A stretch of 64,000 bases of DNA, from contig DATKAP010000095.1 of NCBI GenBank assembly GCA_035577905.1, positions 17,153-81,152 on the forward strand, in the 5' to 3' direction. Below, in pieces: positions 38,451-47,172 of the stretch. Each line of letters opens with the position of its first letter. Position 1 is the first letter of the stretch. A program made the translations under genes and the position numbers. The notes beneath the pieces were generated by a model, which worked only from the letters and a program-made list of their open reading frames with translations, had not been told where the DNA came from and did no database searches. Source of the DNA: Candidatus Binatia bacterium (lineage in GTDB: Bacteria; Acidobacteriota; Terriglobia; Terriglobales; Acidobacteriaceae).

Positions 38451-40613
38451 TTATGGATGGAACGAGTCCGCGAATGCCTGTGCGTTCGGAACTCCCACAC
38501 CGGTAACGTTATCCCAACCAACTTTCGTCCTGAGCGCGGTTGGAGTGGTACAGAGAGTGCCGAAGAAGTCGGCGGGCCCTTCCGCAGAGCAATCCATGCC
38601 AAACGAAACGACGACACCCGTGGACTGGATTGGGGCATAGTCCCAGATCGCGCTGACATATTTGCCTGGAACTGCGGCGGTATCTCCGAGAACATGTGCC
38701 GCGTTAAACGGGACCTTCACCGTGGCCGACTCCTGAATCGAACCGGTCACACTGTGCGTCGATCCGACGGGGACGATATCGGTGACGGCACCGGCTGGCA
38801 GCGAATACAGATAGGGAGCGGCCAAACCGAGTGGAGAACCCGCTTCCTGGTTTGCGATGGCCCACAACGCGGAGAACATGGGGCATGCGAGGCTGGTACC
38901 GCCCCACACCTGCCAGGTCAGAGACGGAATCTGGAATGGGACAGAGATTGCAATGACTCCGCCGGTAAAGGGATCTGCCAGCCAGCCGACATCAGGAACC
39001 TGGCGCCATTTTCCCGGCAGCTTCTTCTGATACGCGGGCTTGGGAAATCCGGCGAGGCAGTTGAAGTTGGAATCCTGCACGGCGCAGTTGCTCGGCCCGC
39101 CGCCCGAACCGCCAATAAACCCAAAGTACAGCGGCGGATCGAAGACGAATCCCTCTTCGGCCAACAGGGTCTCGTTGTTTCCCCACCCTGCCTGCCAGGC
39201 AATCGAGTTGTCGGCGTTGAGGGCCAGAGCCACGCCACCAACCGCCGTTGCGTAGGGGGAATCCGCCGGCGCCGATACTGTCGGCGGAATTCCAAAGAAG
39301 GAGAAATCTCCGTCATCACCCGAGGAGAAGTTGGCCGAGACCCCTGAGATCGCAGCGATCTGATTAATCAGGTTCTCGGTGTCGAGGATATTGGATGGAG
39401 TAAAGGACTCCACCGAGCCATAGCTTCCGGAAAGCACGTTTGCCAATCCATAAGCCACAGCCGTGAACTCGGCTTCGTCCACGTCGGCAAAGCTCGCCGA
39501 TGGCGGGACGATCAGGTTGATGTTTGCTCCCGGCGCAATGGCGTGGGCCCATTCGACGTCGATGTTGATCTCCGTCTGATCCATGGCCTGGCAGGTGCTC
39601 ACGACCGGGACGTAGGTGATCGCAAAGTTCGACGACGTCAACTGCGGCAAGCCAAACATGGCTGAGAAGGCATTGGCGTCATCTTGAATCGTCAGGGAGC
39701 CGCACCAATCGATGATCCCGATCGTCTGCCCCGTGCCATCGAATCCTTCGGCGTACAGTCCATTCAAACCATAGGCCTTCTGGATCATGGGCGGAGTGTA
39801 TCCACAGCCAGCGCTCGTCAGGCTCTGCAGGTTGAGGTGGTTGCCTTTGTACGTACCGATGGGGAACTCTCCGTCGTTGTTCGTCGAGAAGACATCGGTT
39901 TCGGTCCCATCGAAGCAGTTATTGGAATAGAAGCTCGTGTCGGCGGGAGCGGCGGCCATCGCGCTCATCGCAGTTCCGGAGGTCGAGGCCCCCGCAACCG
40001 GATTCGGCCGTGCTTTCATCGGGTGGGTGTAAGCGCCGCTGTCCAGCCCAGAAATCGCTCGCACCAGTGGGCCAGCAGATCCCTCGACGTAAGGATCGCG
40101 GTCGTTGGCGCGCATCACCTGGTTGCCCACCTGATAGTGATTGAGCTGCACGTGCAGCGCGGTCTCGATATCGGCAACCGTTCCTTTGACATGAACGAAG
40201 AAGTTCATCGGGCCGACATGCGTCACCTTCAGATTGTTTGCTTGCAGATACTGCCGCACAATCTGCAGTTGTGCCGCAGTCGGCGCGTATGTGGTTGCGA
40301 TTTGCTTCCGCGTCAGGAAATGCCGAAAGCGTGGCGACGTCGGGTCGTAGATCTGGCTGGTGAGTGAATCCAGTGCTTTCCGGTTGCGAGGTTGAAGCCA
40401 AAAACTGAGCTCGATCACCTTCGCAGGATCCTCAGTGCCGACATTTTGGGCAGTACCCACATAATTCGGCGTGTTGTGCGCAATGAATTTTCCACTGGCA
40501 GCAAGACCCTGTGAGGCCAGACCCGCGATGACCACCAGGGCAAACGAACCTGCCCACATGACCTTCATTCCTTCCCTTCTGAAGGGGACGACCATTCGTT
40601 TACTGAAAAGCAT
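38451..40613 (-). CDS. Secreted S53 (sedolisin/kumamolisin-like) serine peptidase with pro-kumamolisin activation domain
   Basis: GGAGG lies 7 nt before ATG 40613. Signal peptide. Propeptide pattern SPRFRHFLTRKQIATTYAPTAAQLQIVRQYL...VHVKGTVADIETALHVQLNHY. Catalytic Ser context WGGTSLACPMFSALWAI. Confidence 0.85.
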   Translation of the reverse strand: MLFSKRMVVPFRREGMKVMWAGSFALVVIAGLASQGLAASGKFIAHNTPNYVGTAQNVGTEDPAKVIELSFWLQPRNRKALDSLTSQIYDPTSPRFRHFLTRKQIATTYAPTAAQLQIVRQYLQANNLKVTHVGPMNFFVHVKGTVADIETALHVQLNHYQVGNQVMRANDRDPYVEGSAGPLVRAISGLDSGAYTHPMKARPNPVAGASTSGTAMSAMAAAPADTSFYSNNCFDGTETDVFSTNNDGEFPIGTYKGNHLNLQSLTSAGCGYTPPMIQKAYGLNGLYAEGFDGTGQTIGIIDWCGSLTIQDDANAFSAMFGLPQLTSSNFAITYVPVVSTCQAMDQTEINIDVEWAHAIAPGANINLIVPPSASFADVDEAEFTAVAYGLANVLSGSYGSVESFTPSNILDTENLINQIAAISGVSANFSSGDDGDFSFFGIPPTVSAPADSPYATAVGGVALALNADNSIAWQAGWGNNETLLAEEGFVFDPPLYFGFIGGSGGGPSNCAVQDSNFNCLAGFPKPAYQKKLPGKWRQVPDVGWLADPFTGGVIAISVPFQIPSLTWQVWGGTSLACPMFSALWAIANQEAGSPLGLAAPYLYSLPAGAVTDIVPVGSTHSVTGSIQESATVKVPFNAAHVLGDTAAVPGKYVSAIWDYAPIQSTGVVVSFGMDCSAEGPADFFGTLCTTPTALRTKVGWDNVTGVGVPNAQAFADSFHP

Positions 40614-41240
40614 TTATTCCTCCTTTGTCCTTCTCAGGGGCCCATCGGACTGGATCAAATTGCCAGCGAAAGTCGTTGCGCTCATGGCGCCCGGTCCGAC
40701 CAGTGCAAGAACAAAACAACAGTGACGGTACTACGTCTGGGTTTTGGGAAACGGTTGGAAGAGCTGACAGTTGTTGGTTGTGGCTGCTGAAACGCGGCAA
40801 TCCTAGCCGCATTTCGGGCGACTGGTCAAGAAAGAAAGGAATTTACTCGAAAGTTTCCTTGATATACCTTATCCACTCTTTCAGAACCCCTCGCCAGAAA
40901 ACGCGACCGTTGGGGATATTGTGCCAGGCAAATCTCGGGAGTGTGGTCAGAGTTCGCCGCACGCGACGTCCCCGAGCAGTGTGGTGAAATACAACGAGCC
41001 ACTTGCCGAGCGAACGTTCAGCAGTCAGACTGAGGCTGACGGCAAGCGGTTCAGGATCGGTCTCTTCCCTGACAACTCGTCGATTCCCTTTTCAGTACGG
41101 GCGCAACCAGGTTTAGAAAATCGATTTACTAAATCATCTTGCGCTGTGGGATAATTCCTGACCGTACATAGTTTTCCGGAAGCGGCTGGAACGCCGCCCG
41201 GCCAAAATCACTTCAGCACTCGTGAGGGCGAAAAACTCCC

Positions 41241-42605
41241 ATGTCCAAAGATCCCCTGTCTCGCCGCCAATTCATGCAAATCGGTTCCGGCGCCCTGGTC
41301 GCCACTACTGTTGCTAAATCCGTTCTGCAACCCCGGACTCTGTATGCCGCGCCGCGCCCGGTTGCACCCAGTGACACTGTGCGCTTTGCCTCGATCGGTA
41401 CGGGCATCCGCGGATGCGAGCACCTTCAGGCATCGCTCGCTGTTCCCGGCGTTCAGTGCGTCGGAGTCTGCGATCTCTATGACAGCCGTCACACCGCTGC
41501 CCAGGAAGCTGTGAATAATCCGAACTGCCCGAGCACGCGCGACTATCGTTCAATTCTCGACCGCAAAGATGTCGATGCGATCATCCTCGCCACCATGGAC
41601 CACAATCATCGCCGCATCTTTCTTGATGCCTGTGCCGCCGGCAAGGACGTGTATTGCGAGAAGCCGATGTCGCACACCGTCGAAGACGGATTCGCCATGC
41701 TCGAAGCTGCCCAGAAGAACAAGCGCATGATTGCCGTCGGCAGCCAGCGCGTCAGTTCAATTCTTTATGCCAAGGCAAAAGAAATCTACGATTCCGGCAA
41801 GCTCGGAGAAGTGTTCTGCATCAATGCTTACTGGGACCGCAACTCGCCCTCAGGAGCGTGGGTGTATCCGATTCCGCCTGATGCCAGCGAGAAGACCATC
41901 GACTGGAACGCGTTCCTTGGCGATGCTCCAAAGCACTCCTTCGACCCCGTGCGTTTCTTCCGCTGGCGCTGTTTCACCGACTACGGCGAGGGACTCGGCG
42001 GGGATCTTTTCGTCCACTTGCTCTCAGGCATTCATTTCATCACGGGCACGAATCAACCGGCGTCCCGCGCCGTCTCCGCCGGCGGACTCTATCATTTCAA
42101 GGATGGCCGCGAGTTCCCGGACCTCATCGAGACGATGTATGACTATCCCAACTTCCGCGTTACCGTCCGCTGTAACCTGAACAACGCTGGAGGAGAATTC
42201 ATCGCCTTTTACGGCACCAAGGGCACGCTGATCATCAAAGACTCCACCCTCAGCTATAAGCCCGAGGACACCACTCCCGAACCCGAAGACTACTCCGTCT
42301 ACGGATGGCCCAAGGAACTGCGCGATCAGTACTACAAAGACTGGGAGAAGGAACATCCGCCCACTCCAGCGCTGGAGTCAAAGATCAAAGGTGAAGGGGA
42401 AAGCTACACCGTGCCGCGCGGCTACAGCGATACGGTTGATCACCAGACCAACTTCTTCAACGCGGTGCGAACGCGCAAGCCGGTTGTTGAGAATGAAGTC
42501 TTCGGAAATAACACCAGTATCGGATGCCACCTGGCCAACTTCGCCTACTTCAACAAGTGCGTTGCGGTCTGGGATGCTTCGGCCAAGAAAATCGTCAAAG
42601 GCTAA
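41241..42605 (+). CDS. Gfo/Idh/MocA family oxidoreductase with Tat signal
   Basis: Twin-arginine signal SRRQFMQIGSGALVA. Rossmann region VRFASIGTGIRGCEHL...DVDAIILATMDHNH...DVYCEKPM. Confidence 0.9.
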   Translation: MSKDPLSRRQFMQIGSGALVATTVAKSVLQPRTLYAAPRPVAPSDTVRFASIGTGIRGCEHLQASLAVPGVQCVGVCDLYDSRHTAAQEAVNNPNCPSTRDYRSILDRKDVDAIILATMDHNHRRIFLDACAAGKDVYCEKPMSHTVEDGFAMLEAAQKNKRMIAVGSQRVSSILYAKAKEIYDSGKLGEVFCINAYWDRNSPSGAWVYPIPPDASEKTIDWNAFLGDAPKHSFDPVRFFRWRCFTDYGEGLGGDLFVHLLSGIHFITGTNQPASRAVSAGGLYHFKDGREFPDLIETMYDYPNFRVTVRCNLNNAGGEFIAFYGTKGTLIIKDSTLSYKPEDTTPEPEDYSVYGWPKELRDQYYKDWEKEHPPTPALESKIKGEGESYTVPRGYSDTVDHQTNFFNAVRTRKPVVENEVFGNNTSIGCHLANFAYFNKCVAVWDASAKKIVKG

Positions 42606-42622
42606 ACGGTTAAGAATAGATA

Positions 42623-42666
42623 CCCCACCCATATCGCACTCTTGCGATAGGTGGGGTTCTTCTTTG
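42623..42666. terminator. CCCCAC...GTGGGG family hairpin with T-rich tail, between convergent genes
   Basis: CCCCACC-ca-TATCGCA (42623-42638) pairs with TGCGATA-GGTGGGG (42643-42656): 14 bp with a 2-nt bulge. Followed by TTCTTCTTTG. Confidence 0.65.
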
Positions 42667-42705
42667 AGACGACAGAGCCGAACTATGGTGGGAAGACGGC
42701 CGAGG

Positions 42706-43041
42706 CTATCCCGTCTTGCGGTCTTCTCGCAGCACTTCATCGAGCGCATGAACGAGTTGATGCGCTCGCTTCTGGTAATCGGTTGGCGCGGAATCCTGCT
42801 TTTTCTTAAGCATGTGGTATTCGTCAGCGATGTTCAGGGCAGCCAGTACGGCGAGCCGAACCGTATCGACGGTATTGGTAGCTGCAGCGACCGAGCGCAT
42901 TTTGGAATCGACATACTCGGCGAGTTTGAGCAGGTATTGGGGATCGGGGAAACGCAGGTTGTATGCCTGGTCGAAGATCTCCACGCGTACACTGGCGTTC
43001 TGTGCGTCTTTGACTACGGGGTCTTTCGTCGCTGTCGCCAT
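42706..43041 (-). CDS. zapA: Cell division protein ZapA
   Basis: VRVEIFDQAYNLRFPDPQYLLKLAEYVDSKMRSVAAATNTVDTVRLAVLAALNIADEY matches the ZapA pattern. Confidence 0.8.
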   Translation of the reverse strand: MATATKDPVVKDAQNASVRVEIFDQAYNLRFPDPQYLLKLAEYVDSKMRSVAAATNTVDTVRLAVLAALNIADEYHMLKKKQDSAPTDYQKRAHQLVHALDEVLREDRKTG

Positions 43042-43083
43042 GGAAAATTCTCCGCGGAGAAATAGACTTCTGCCAGTCAGCCG

Positions 43084-43407
43084 TTAGCTGGCTTCTGCCA
43101 ATGATTCGATCTGCGCCAGCATCTTCTCGACCCGGCCGCGAATATCCTCACGCTCTTTCTTTAATTGCACGCTCTCGCGGCGCAAACGGACCAGTTCTTC
43201 TTCACGCTCTTCCAGTTGCTGCCGCAGGCGTTGCGCATCACGTTCCGCCGTTGCCTGGGCCTGTCGAGCAGACTTGTACATCTCTATGGTGCGATAAATC
43301 TTCTCTTCCAGCGCCTGAAAATCGTCGGCTGGAACCTGATCCGACAAGGGTTCGACAGCTTTAGAAGCCATAAAAGCACTTTCCCCGAAAAGAAGTTGAT
43401 CTTTCAT
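43084..43407 (-). CDS. ZapB-like coiled-coil protein
   Basis: Start placed at internal ATG 43407 (or 43371). Continuous heptad-rich sequence FQALEEKIYRTIEMYKSARQAQATAERDAQRLRQQLEEREEELVRLRRESVQLKKEREDIRGRVEKMLAQIESL, immediately upstream of zapA. Confidence 0.6.
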   Translation of the reverse strand: MKDQLLFGESAFMASKAVEPLSDQVPADDFQALEEKIYRTIEMYKSARQAQATAERDAQRLRQQLEEREEELVRLRRESVQLKKEREDIRGRVEKMLAQIESLAEAS

Positions 43408-43580
43408 CGCAGTATACTCCACATTGCTGTGGACACTGCGCCGCAGACCGGCACTTTTTGGCGCTCCCCTGAGCCAGCTCTCGTGTACCTTCGTGTTTTT
43501 TGGTCGATACCTGACGGACCGGAGTTTTCGAGCGTCAACCCGCGAGCCAAACCCGACATCCAATCCTGAGGAATGTTGCA

Positions 43581-44069
43581 ATGCTGTCCTGCAGTTTCAA
43601 AGCAAAGGATTTCCGATCTCTCACCTGGCTAATCATCATCGTGGGATTGGCAACGCTCAGCGTGAGCGGCCGACTGCGGGCAAGTAGCCAAAGCCCACAC
43701 CCAGCAAGATCAGCGTCGAGCGAAAGCCAGATTGCCCGCGGAAAGTACATCGTGGAAGGCGTCGCGATGTGCGGTATGTGCCACACGCCCCGCACTGACT
43801 CTGGAGAGGTCGATTCCGGCCGCTCACTGGAGGGTGCGGCAGTCTGGCTTATGCCGGCGCATCCCACCGGGAACTGGCCTTTGAAGGCTCCACGCATTGC
43901 AGGCACTCCCCCCGCCAGTGACGATGACATGGTCCGCCTGTTCATGACCGGGATTTGGACCGATGGCAACCGTCTGCGCCCTCCCATGCCGCAGTTCCGC
44001 ATGAGCCGGGAAGATGCGGAGTCGGTTGTAGCCTATCTGAGATCGTTGCGGCCCGGCCCTGGTGATTAA
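43581..44069 (+). CDS. Mono-haem c-type cytochrome
   Basis: Signal/TM segment LTWLIIIVGLATLSV. A single CGMCH haem-binding motif. Confidence 0.7.
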   Translation: MLSCSFKAKDFRSLTWLIIIVGLATLSVSGRLRASSQSPHPARSASSESQIARGKYIVEGVAMCGMCHTPRTDSGEVDSGRSLEGAAVWLMPAHPTGNWPLKAPRIAGTPPASDDDMVRLFMTGIWTDGNRLRPPMPQFRMSREDAESVVAYLRSLRPGPGD

Positions 44070-44121
44070 TCCGCCGTCAAAACTATTAGCTATAATTCGT
44101 TTCAAATTTCCCGGAGGCTCA

Positions 44122-44631
44122 ATGAAATCCCTTCCTCTTCTCGCATTCGTGGTTGTTGCAGCTCTCGGTCTGCCGTCCACGAGTGTCGCCAAAACCAAAG
44201 TGGAACTGAAAGACGCGCAGGGAAAAGATGTGGGCAGCATTCTCATCTGGGATAAGGGCCCGGGTGTAGCCCTGCAACTGGATTTGCACGATCTCACGCC
44301 CGGAGAACATGCTCTGCACTTTCACCAGGTTCCCAAGTGTGAGGGGCCGGACTTCAAATCTGCCGGAGGGCATTTCAACCCGGCAAGCAAGAAGCATGGA
44401 TTCGACAATCCTGATGGGCATCATGCCGGCGACATGAAGAATTTCACGGTAGGGGCCGATGGCAAGGCGAAAGCGAAGTTGGAAAATCCCGATGCCACGC
44501 TGAAAGACGGCCCACATTCGCTGTTGACGAATGGCGCAGCAGTGGTAGTCCACGCGAAGGCGGACGACTACAAGACCGATCCCACGGGGAACGCAGGAGA
44601 CCGCGTCGCCTGCGGCGTGATCACGAAATAG
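44122..44631 (+). CDS. sodC: Periplasmic Cu/Zn superoxide dismutase
   Basis: GGAGG lies 4 nt before ATG 44122. Signal peptide. Metal ligand contexts HALHFHQVPKC, GGHFNP, HHAGDM, VVVHAKADD and GDRVACGVI. Confidence 0.9.
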   Translation: MKSLPLLAFVVVAALGLPSTSVAKTKVELKDAQGKDVGSILIWDKGPGVALQLDLHDLTPGEHALHFHQVPKCEGPDFKSAGGHFNPASKKHGFDNPDGHHAGDMKNFTVGADGKAKAKLENPDATLKDGPHSLLTNGAAVVVHAKADDYKTDPTGNAGDRVACGVITK

Positions 44632-44700
44632 ACGGGGTACAGGGTAGGAATCGATTCATGTGGGCCCGCGGCCATCCGTTGTCCAGCGATGGCGGAGCGG

Positions 44701-44832
44701 TCAGCGGGTGGCCTGGTCGTGATGACCCGTGGCAATAATCGCCCGAACGACAGATCCGATAATGCAAATGGGCATTACCAACGCAAGCCCGACTAGCAAC
44801 ACTGCGCTGAAAAACGCAACCAAGTTGGGCAC
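44701..44832 (-). CDS. Candidate 43-aa hydrophobic membrane peptide (below the ORF-track length cutoff)
   Basis: My own translation of the minus strand: GTG 44832 preceded by TAAGGAG with a 6-nt spacer. VPNLVAFFSAVLLVGLALVMPICIIGSVVRAIIATGHHDQATR, stop at 44701-03. Confidence 0.4.
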   Translation of the reverse strand: MPNLVAFFSAVLLVGLALVMPICIIGSVVRAIIATGHHDQATR

Positions 44833-45026
44833 GCAAAACTCCTTACCAGGAACTTCGGTCGATGCGGACGAAGACTTCAATTCTTAAGAGCACCCGTGAT
44901 GCCTCCCGGTTGCGCGAACTTCCGTAAAGATTCGTAGAAATTCGTGCGGTCTCTTAGATCTCCAGCTGGTAACTCGCAGTTTTGCGGGTGCAGAACCGGT
45001 GGAAGAAGGGCAGAGCAACTCCAAGG

Positions 45027-46295
45027 CTACCTTGCTTTTCTGCCGGCTAGCCGGGAAAACCTGAGTGCCGCCTCATCCAACGTCTCTGGCTTCTTGCAGA
45101 ATGCGAACCTCACTTGCCTCGCTCCGTCTCGCGGATCGCGGTAAAAACTCGATCCCGGTACGCACGCCACTCCGATTTCCTGAACCAGATATTTCGCAAA
45201 CGAGACATCGTCCTTAAAGCCGAACACCGAGATGTCGGTCATCACGTAATAGGCGCCACGAGGGCGAAAACACCCGAATCCAGCAGAAGTGAGAGCAGGC
45301 ATGAGACGATCGCGACGGATGCGATACCCTTCGGCGAGCTTCGCGTAGTATTCCGGCGAAAGACTCAGGGCAGCTGCGCCGGCTTCCTGCAATGGAGCAG
45401 GGGCGCCGACTGTCAGAAAATCATGCACCTTCCGGATCGCATTCGTGATCTTTTCGGGCGCAACAGCCCATCCCACGCGCCATCCCGTCACACTGTAAGT
45501 CTTGGACATTCCGTTGATCGTTACCGTCCGATCGCGCATGCCGTCGAGCGAAACGATCGAAATGTGCTCGGTTCCGTCGTAGAGGATGTGCTCGTAAATT
45601 TCATCCGTAATCGCCAGCACGTTGAACTCAACGCAGAGGTCGCGAATCAGTTCCAGTTCTGGGCGCGTAAAGACTTTACCCGTGGGATTGTTCGGGGTAT
45701 TGAGAATGATTGCCTTGGTGTGCCTGTCGAAAGCGCGCCGGAGTTCCTTCTCGTCAAACGTCCACTCGCAGGAATCGTCTTTCGGCGGCCGCAGCTTGAC
45801 GAACTTTGGCTTGGCGCCGCTGAGCACGGAATCCGGTCCGTAATTTTCATAGAACGGTTCGAAGATCACGACTTCGTCGCCGGCGTTGCAGACGGCAATC
45901 AGGGTCGAAATCATCGCCTCGGTCGATCCGCAGCAGACGGTAATCTCTTTTTCCGGATCGACGGTGATTCCCTGCCAGACTCCCATCTGACGGGCGATCG
46001 CATTACGAAGATTCCTGGCTCCCCAAGTGATGGCGTATTGATTGATGTCGGACGCGACGGCTTGCTGCGCGGCCTTTTTGATCTCCTCAGGAGCTGAGAA
46101 ATCAGGAAATCCCTGCGCGAGATTTACGGCGCCATACAGCATGGCCTGGCGCGTCATCTCGCGGATTACGGATTCGGTGAAGTGCGAGACTTTGTCGCTC
46201 AGGAAGTGCTTGGCGGGGGGCGCGGCGTTCTTCGAAGGCCGGGAGTTCCCGGATGAACGCTTCTGATCTTTGATCTTAACGGACCTAGTTGCCAT
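45027..46295 (-). CDS. PLP-dependent class I/II aminotransferase (methionine/aspartate/kynurenine aminotransferase-like)
   Basis: VNLAQGFPDF, ...YENYGP..., NTPNNPTGKVF, and PLP-lysine context NGMSKTYSVTGWRVGW. About 30-aa basic N-terminal extension. Confidence 0.9.
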   Translation of the reverse strand: MATRSVKIKDQKRSSGNSRPSKNAAPPAKHFLSDKVSHFTESVIREMTRQAMLYGAVNLAQGFPDFSAPEEIKKAAQQAVASDINQYAITWGARNLRNAIARQMGVWQGITVDPEKEITVCCGSTEAMISTLIAVCNAGDEVVIFEPFYENYGPDSVLSGAKPKFVKLRPPKDDSCEWTFDEKELRRAFDRHTKAIILNTPNNPTGKVFTRPELELIRDLCVEFNVLAITDEIYEHILYDGTEHISIVSLDGMRDRTVTINGMSKTYSVTGWRVGWAVAPEKITNAIRKVHDFLTVGAPAPLQEAGAAALSLSPEYYAKLAEGYRIRRDRLMPALTSAGFGCFRPRGAYYVMTDISVFGFKDDVSFAKYLVQEIGVACVPGSSFYRDPRDGARQVRFAFCKKPETLDEAALRFSRLAGRKAR

Positions 46296-46835
46296 GAAAT
46301 GCAGACTAGCACACAGGTCGTCGGCGCGGAGTTGATCTCGCCGGTTGGATCCAGGACACGATCATGTCATAGCGGCGATTCTTGAAACCACTGATACGAC
46401 CGGCATCGATTTGCAAGGCATTCCGCACAAGGCTTACCCACATGGATTGGGCAGTCATCCACTTGCGGATTCACTCCTTACCAGCCAGACCATTTTCTTG
46501 GTACGCCGTGGCAGGCATAACTTGGGCGTTACAAGACAACTTATTGGGACAATAAGTCCTTCTTAGTGACTGGATTATGCGTGAGGTTACATGCAGCCTC
46601 ATAACTAAAAGAACGTAACTCGAAATTGTTCTCGGAATTTACATTTTTTCTATTGCAAAAAATTAGAAGTCATGGCATCTTCAGTCATCCCCTACGAAAG
46701 GACGCCCAAATTGGTGAGATTTAGGAACAAAACGCTAAGCGGGCAACATCAGCCGATTATTCGACTGAGTTGCGTATGGGCGTCGCTCCGGTCGCGCTAA
46801 CCGATCCTTCGGCGCTCTTTCCGCAAAACTAAAGT

Positions 46836-46910
46836 TTAGCTGGATGGCGCAGGCCGCGGTTCCTTCGACTGCTAATCGACTATACCGTTGCCGCTCGTTC
46901 CCCCAGCTAA
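46836..46910 (+). ncRNA. Candidate short Y-RNA-like module (module 0)
   Basis: Perfect 8-bp closing stem UUAGCUGG (46836-43) with CCAGCUAA (46903-10). The 3' strand carries CGUUCCC, as modules A/B carry GUUCC. Inner stem GCGG/CCGU. No T-arm. Confidence 0.3.
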
Positions 46911-46917
46911 CTCACTC

Positions 46918-47025
46918 GGTCAGTGGTGATTGGCCACGGATACTTCTCTGATGAAACAGCCTTCGGGCTGTGAGGTTCGACTCCTCGCGGGCGCAAGCCC
47001 TGCCGTGACCATACGTTCCCTGACC
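46918..47025 (+). ncRNA. Candidate tRNA-like Y RNA (module A, YrlA-like)
   Basis: Closing stem GGUCAG (46918-23) with CUGACC (47020-25). Second stem CACGG (46935-39) with CCGUG (47003-07). T-arm UGAGG-UUCGACU-CCUCG (46971-87). UUCG hairpin at 46957-70 and GCAA hairpin at 46989-47000. Confidence 0.55.
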
Positions 47026-47070
47026 TCGCTGTATTTGAATGTGGAAGAAATACGGCCCCTCGACAAGATT

Positions 47071-47163
47071 CAGTCAGTGGTGATATTCGCGGCAACTTCG
47101 TGGCGCGCCTGTTGACCCAGGCCGGGGTTCGAGCCCCCAACCGTGATTCGAGTTCCCTGGCTG
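47071..47163 (+). ncRNA. Candidate tRNA-like Y RNA (module B, YrlA-like)
   Basis: Closing stem CAGUCAG (47071-77) with CUGGCUG (47157-63). Second stem CGCGG (47088-92) with CCGUG (47141-45). T-arm GGGG-UUCGAGC-CCCC (47124-38). It shares UGGUGAU and GUUCC strings with module A. Confidence 0.55.
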
Positions 47164-47172
47164 CGACGTAGT

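Noticed and set aside
40614-41240. Coding potential in the 627-nt spacer between the S53 peptidase and the oxidoreductase: ORF 40625..40987(+), and an 82-codon stop-free minus-strand frame at 40846-41091 (...WLVVFHHTARGRRVRRTLTTLPRFAWHNIPNGRVFWRGVLKEWIRYIKETFE).
   Set aside because: The plus-strand ORF is low-complexity. The minus-strand frame has no usable start codon except a late GTG, and I recognise no family in it. It may be a gene remnant, but I cannot support it.
42606-42705. A 6S RNA (ssrS) downstream of zapA, as in E. coli.
   Set aside because: Only 100 nt separate zapA from the convergent oxidoreductase gene, and the terminator hairpin fills that space. There is no room for an RNA of about 180 nt.
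46345-46566. ORF 46345..46566(+) 73 aa, and a roughly 30-codon Cys-rich minus-strand ORF (DDCPIHVGKPCAECLANRC...) upstream of the aminotransferase gene.
   Set aside because: No domain, weak or badly spaced start signals, and a location in the promoter region of the aminotransferase gene. The evidence is insufficient.
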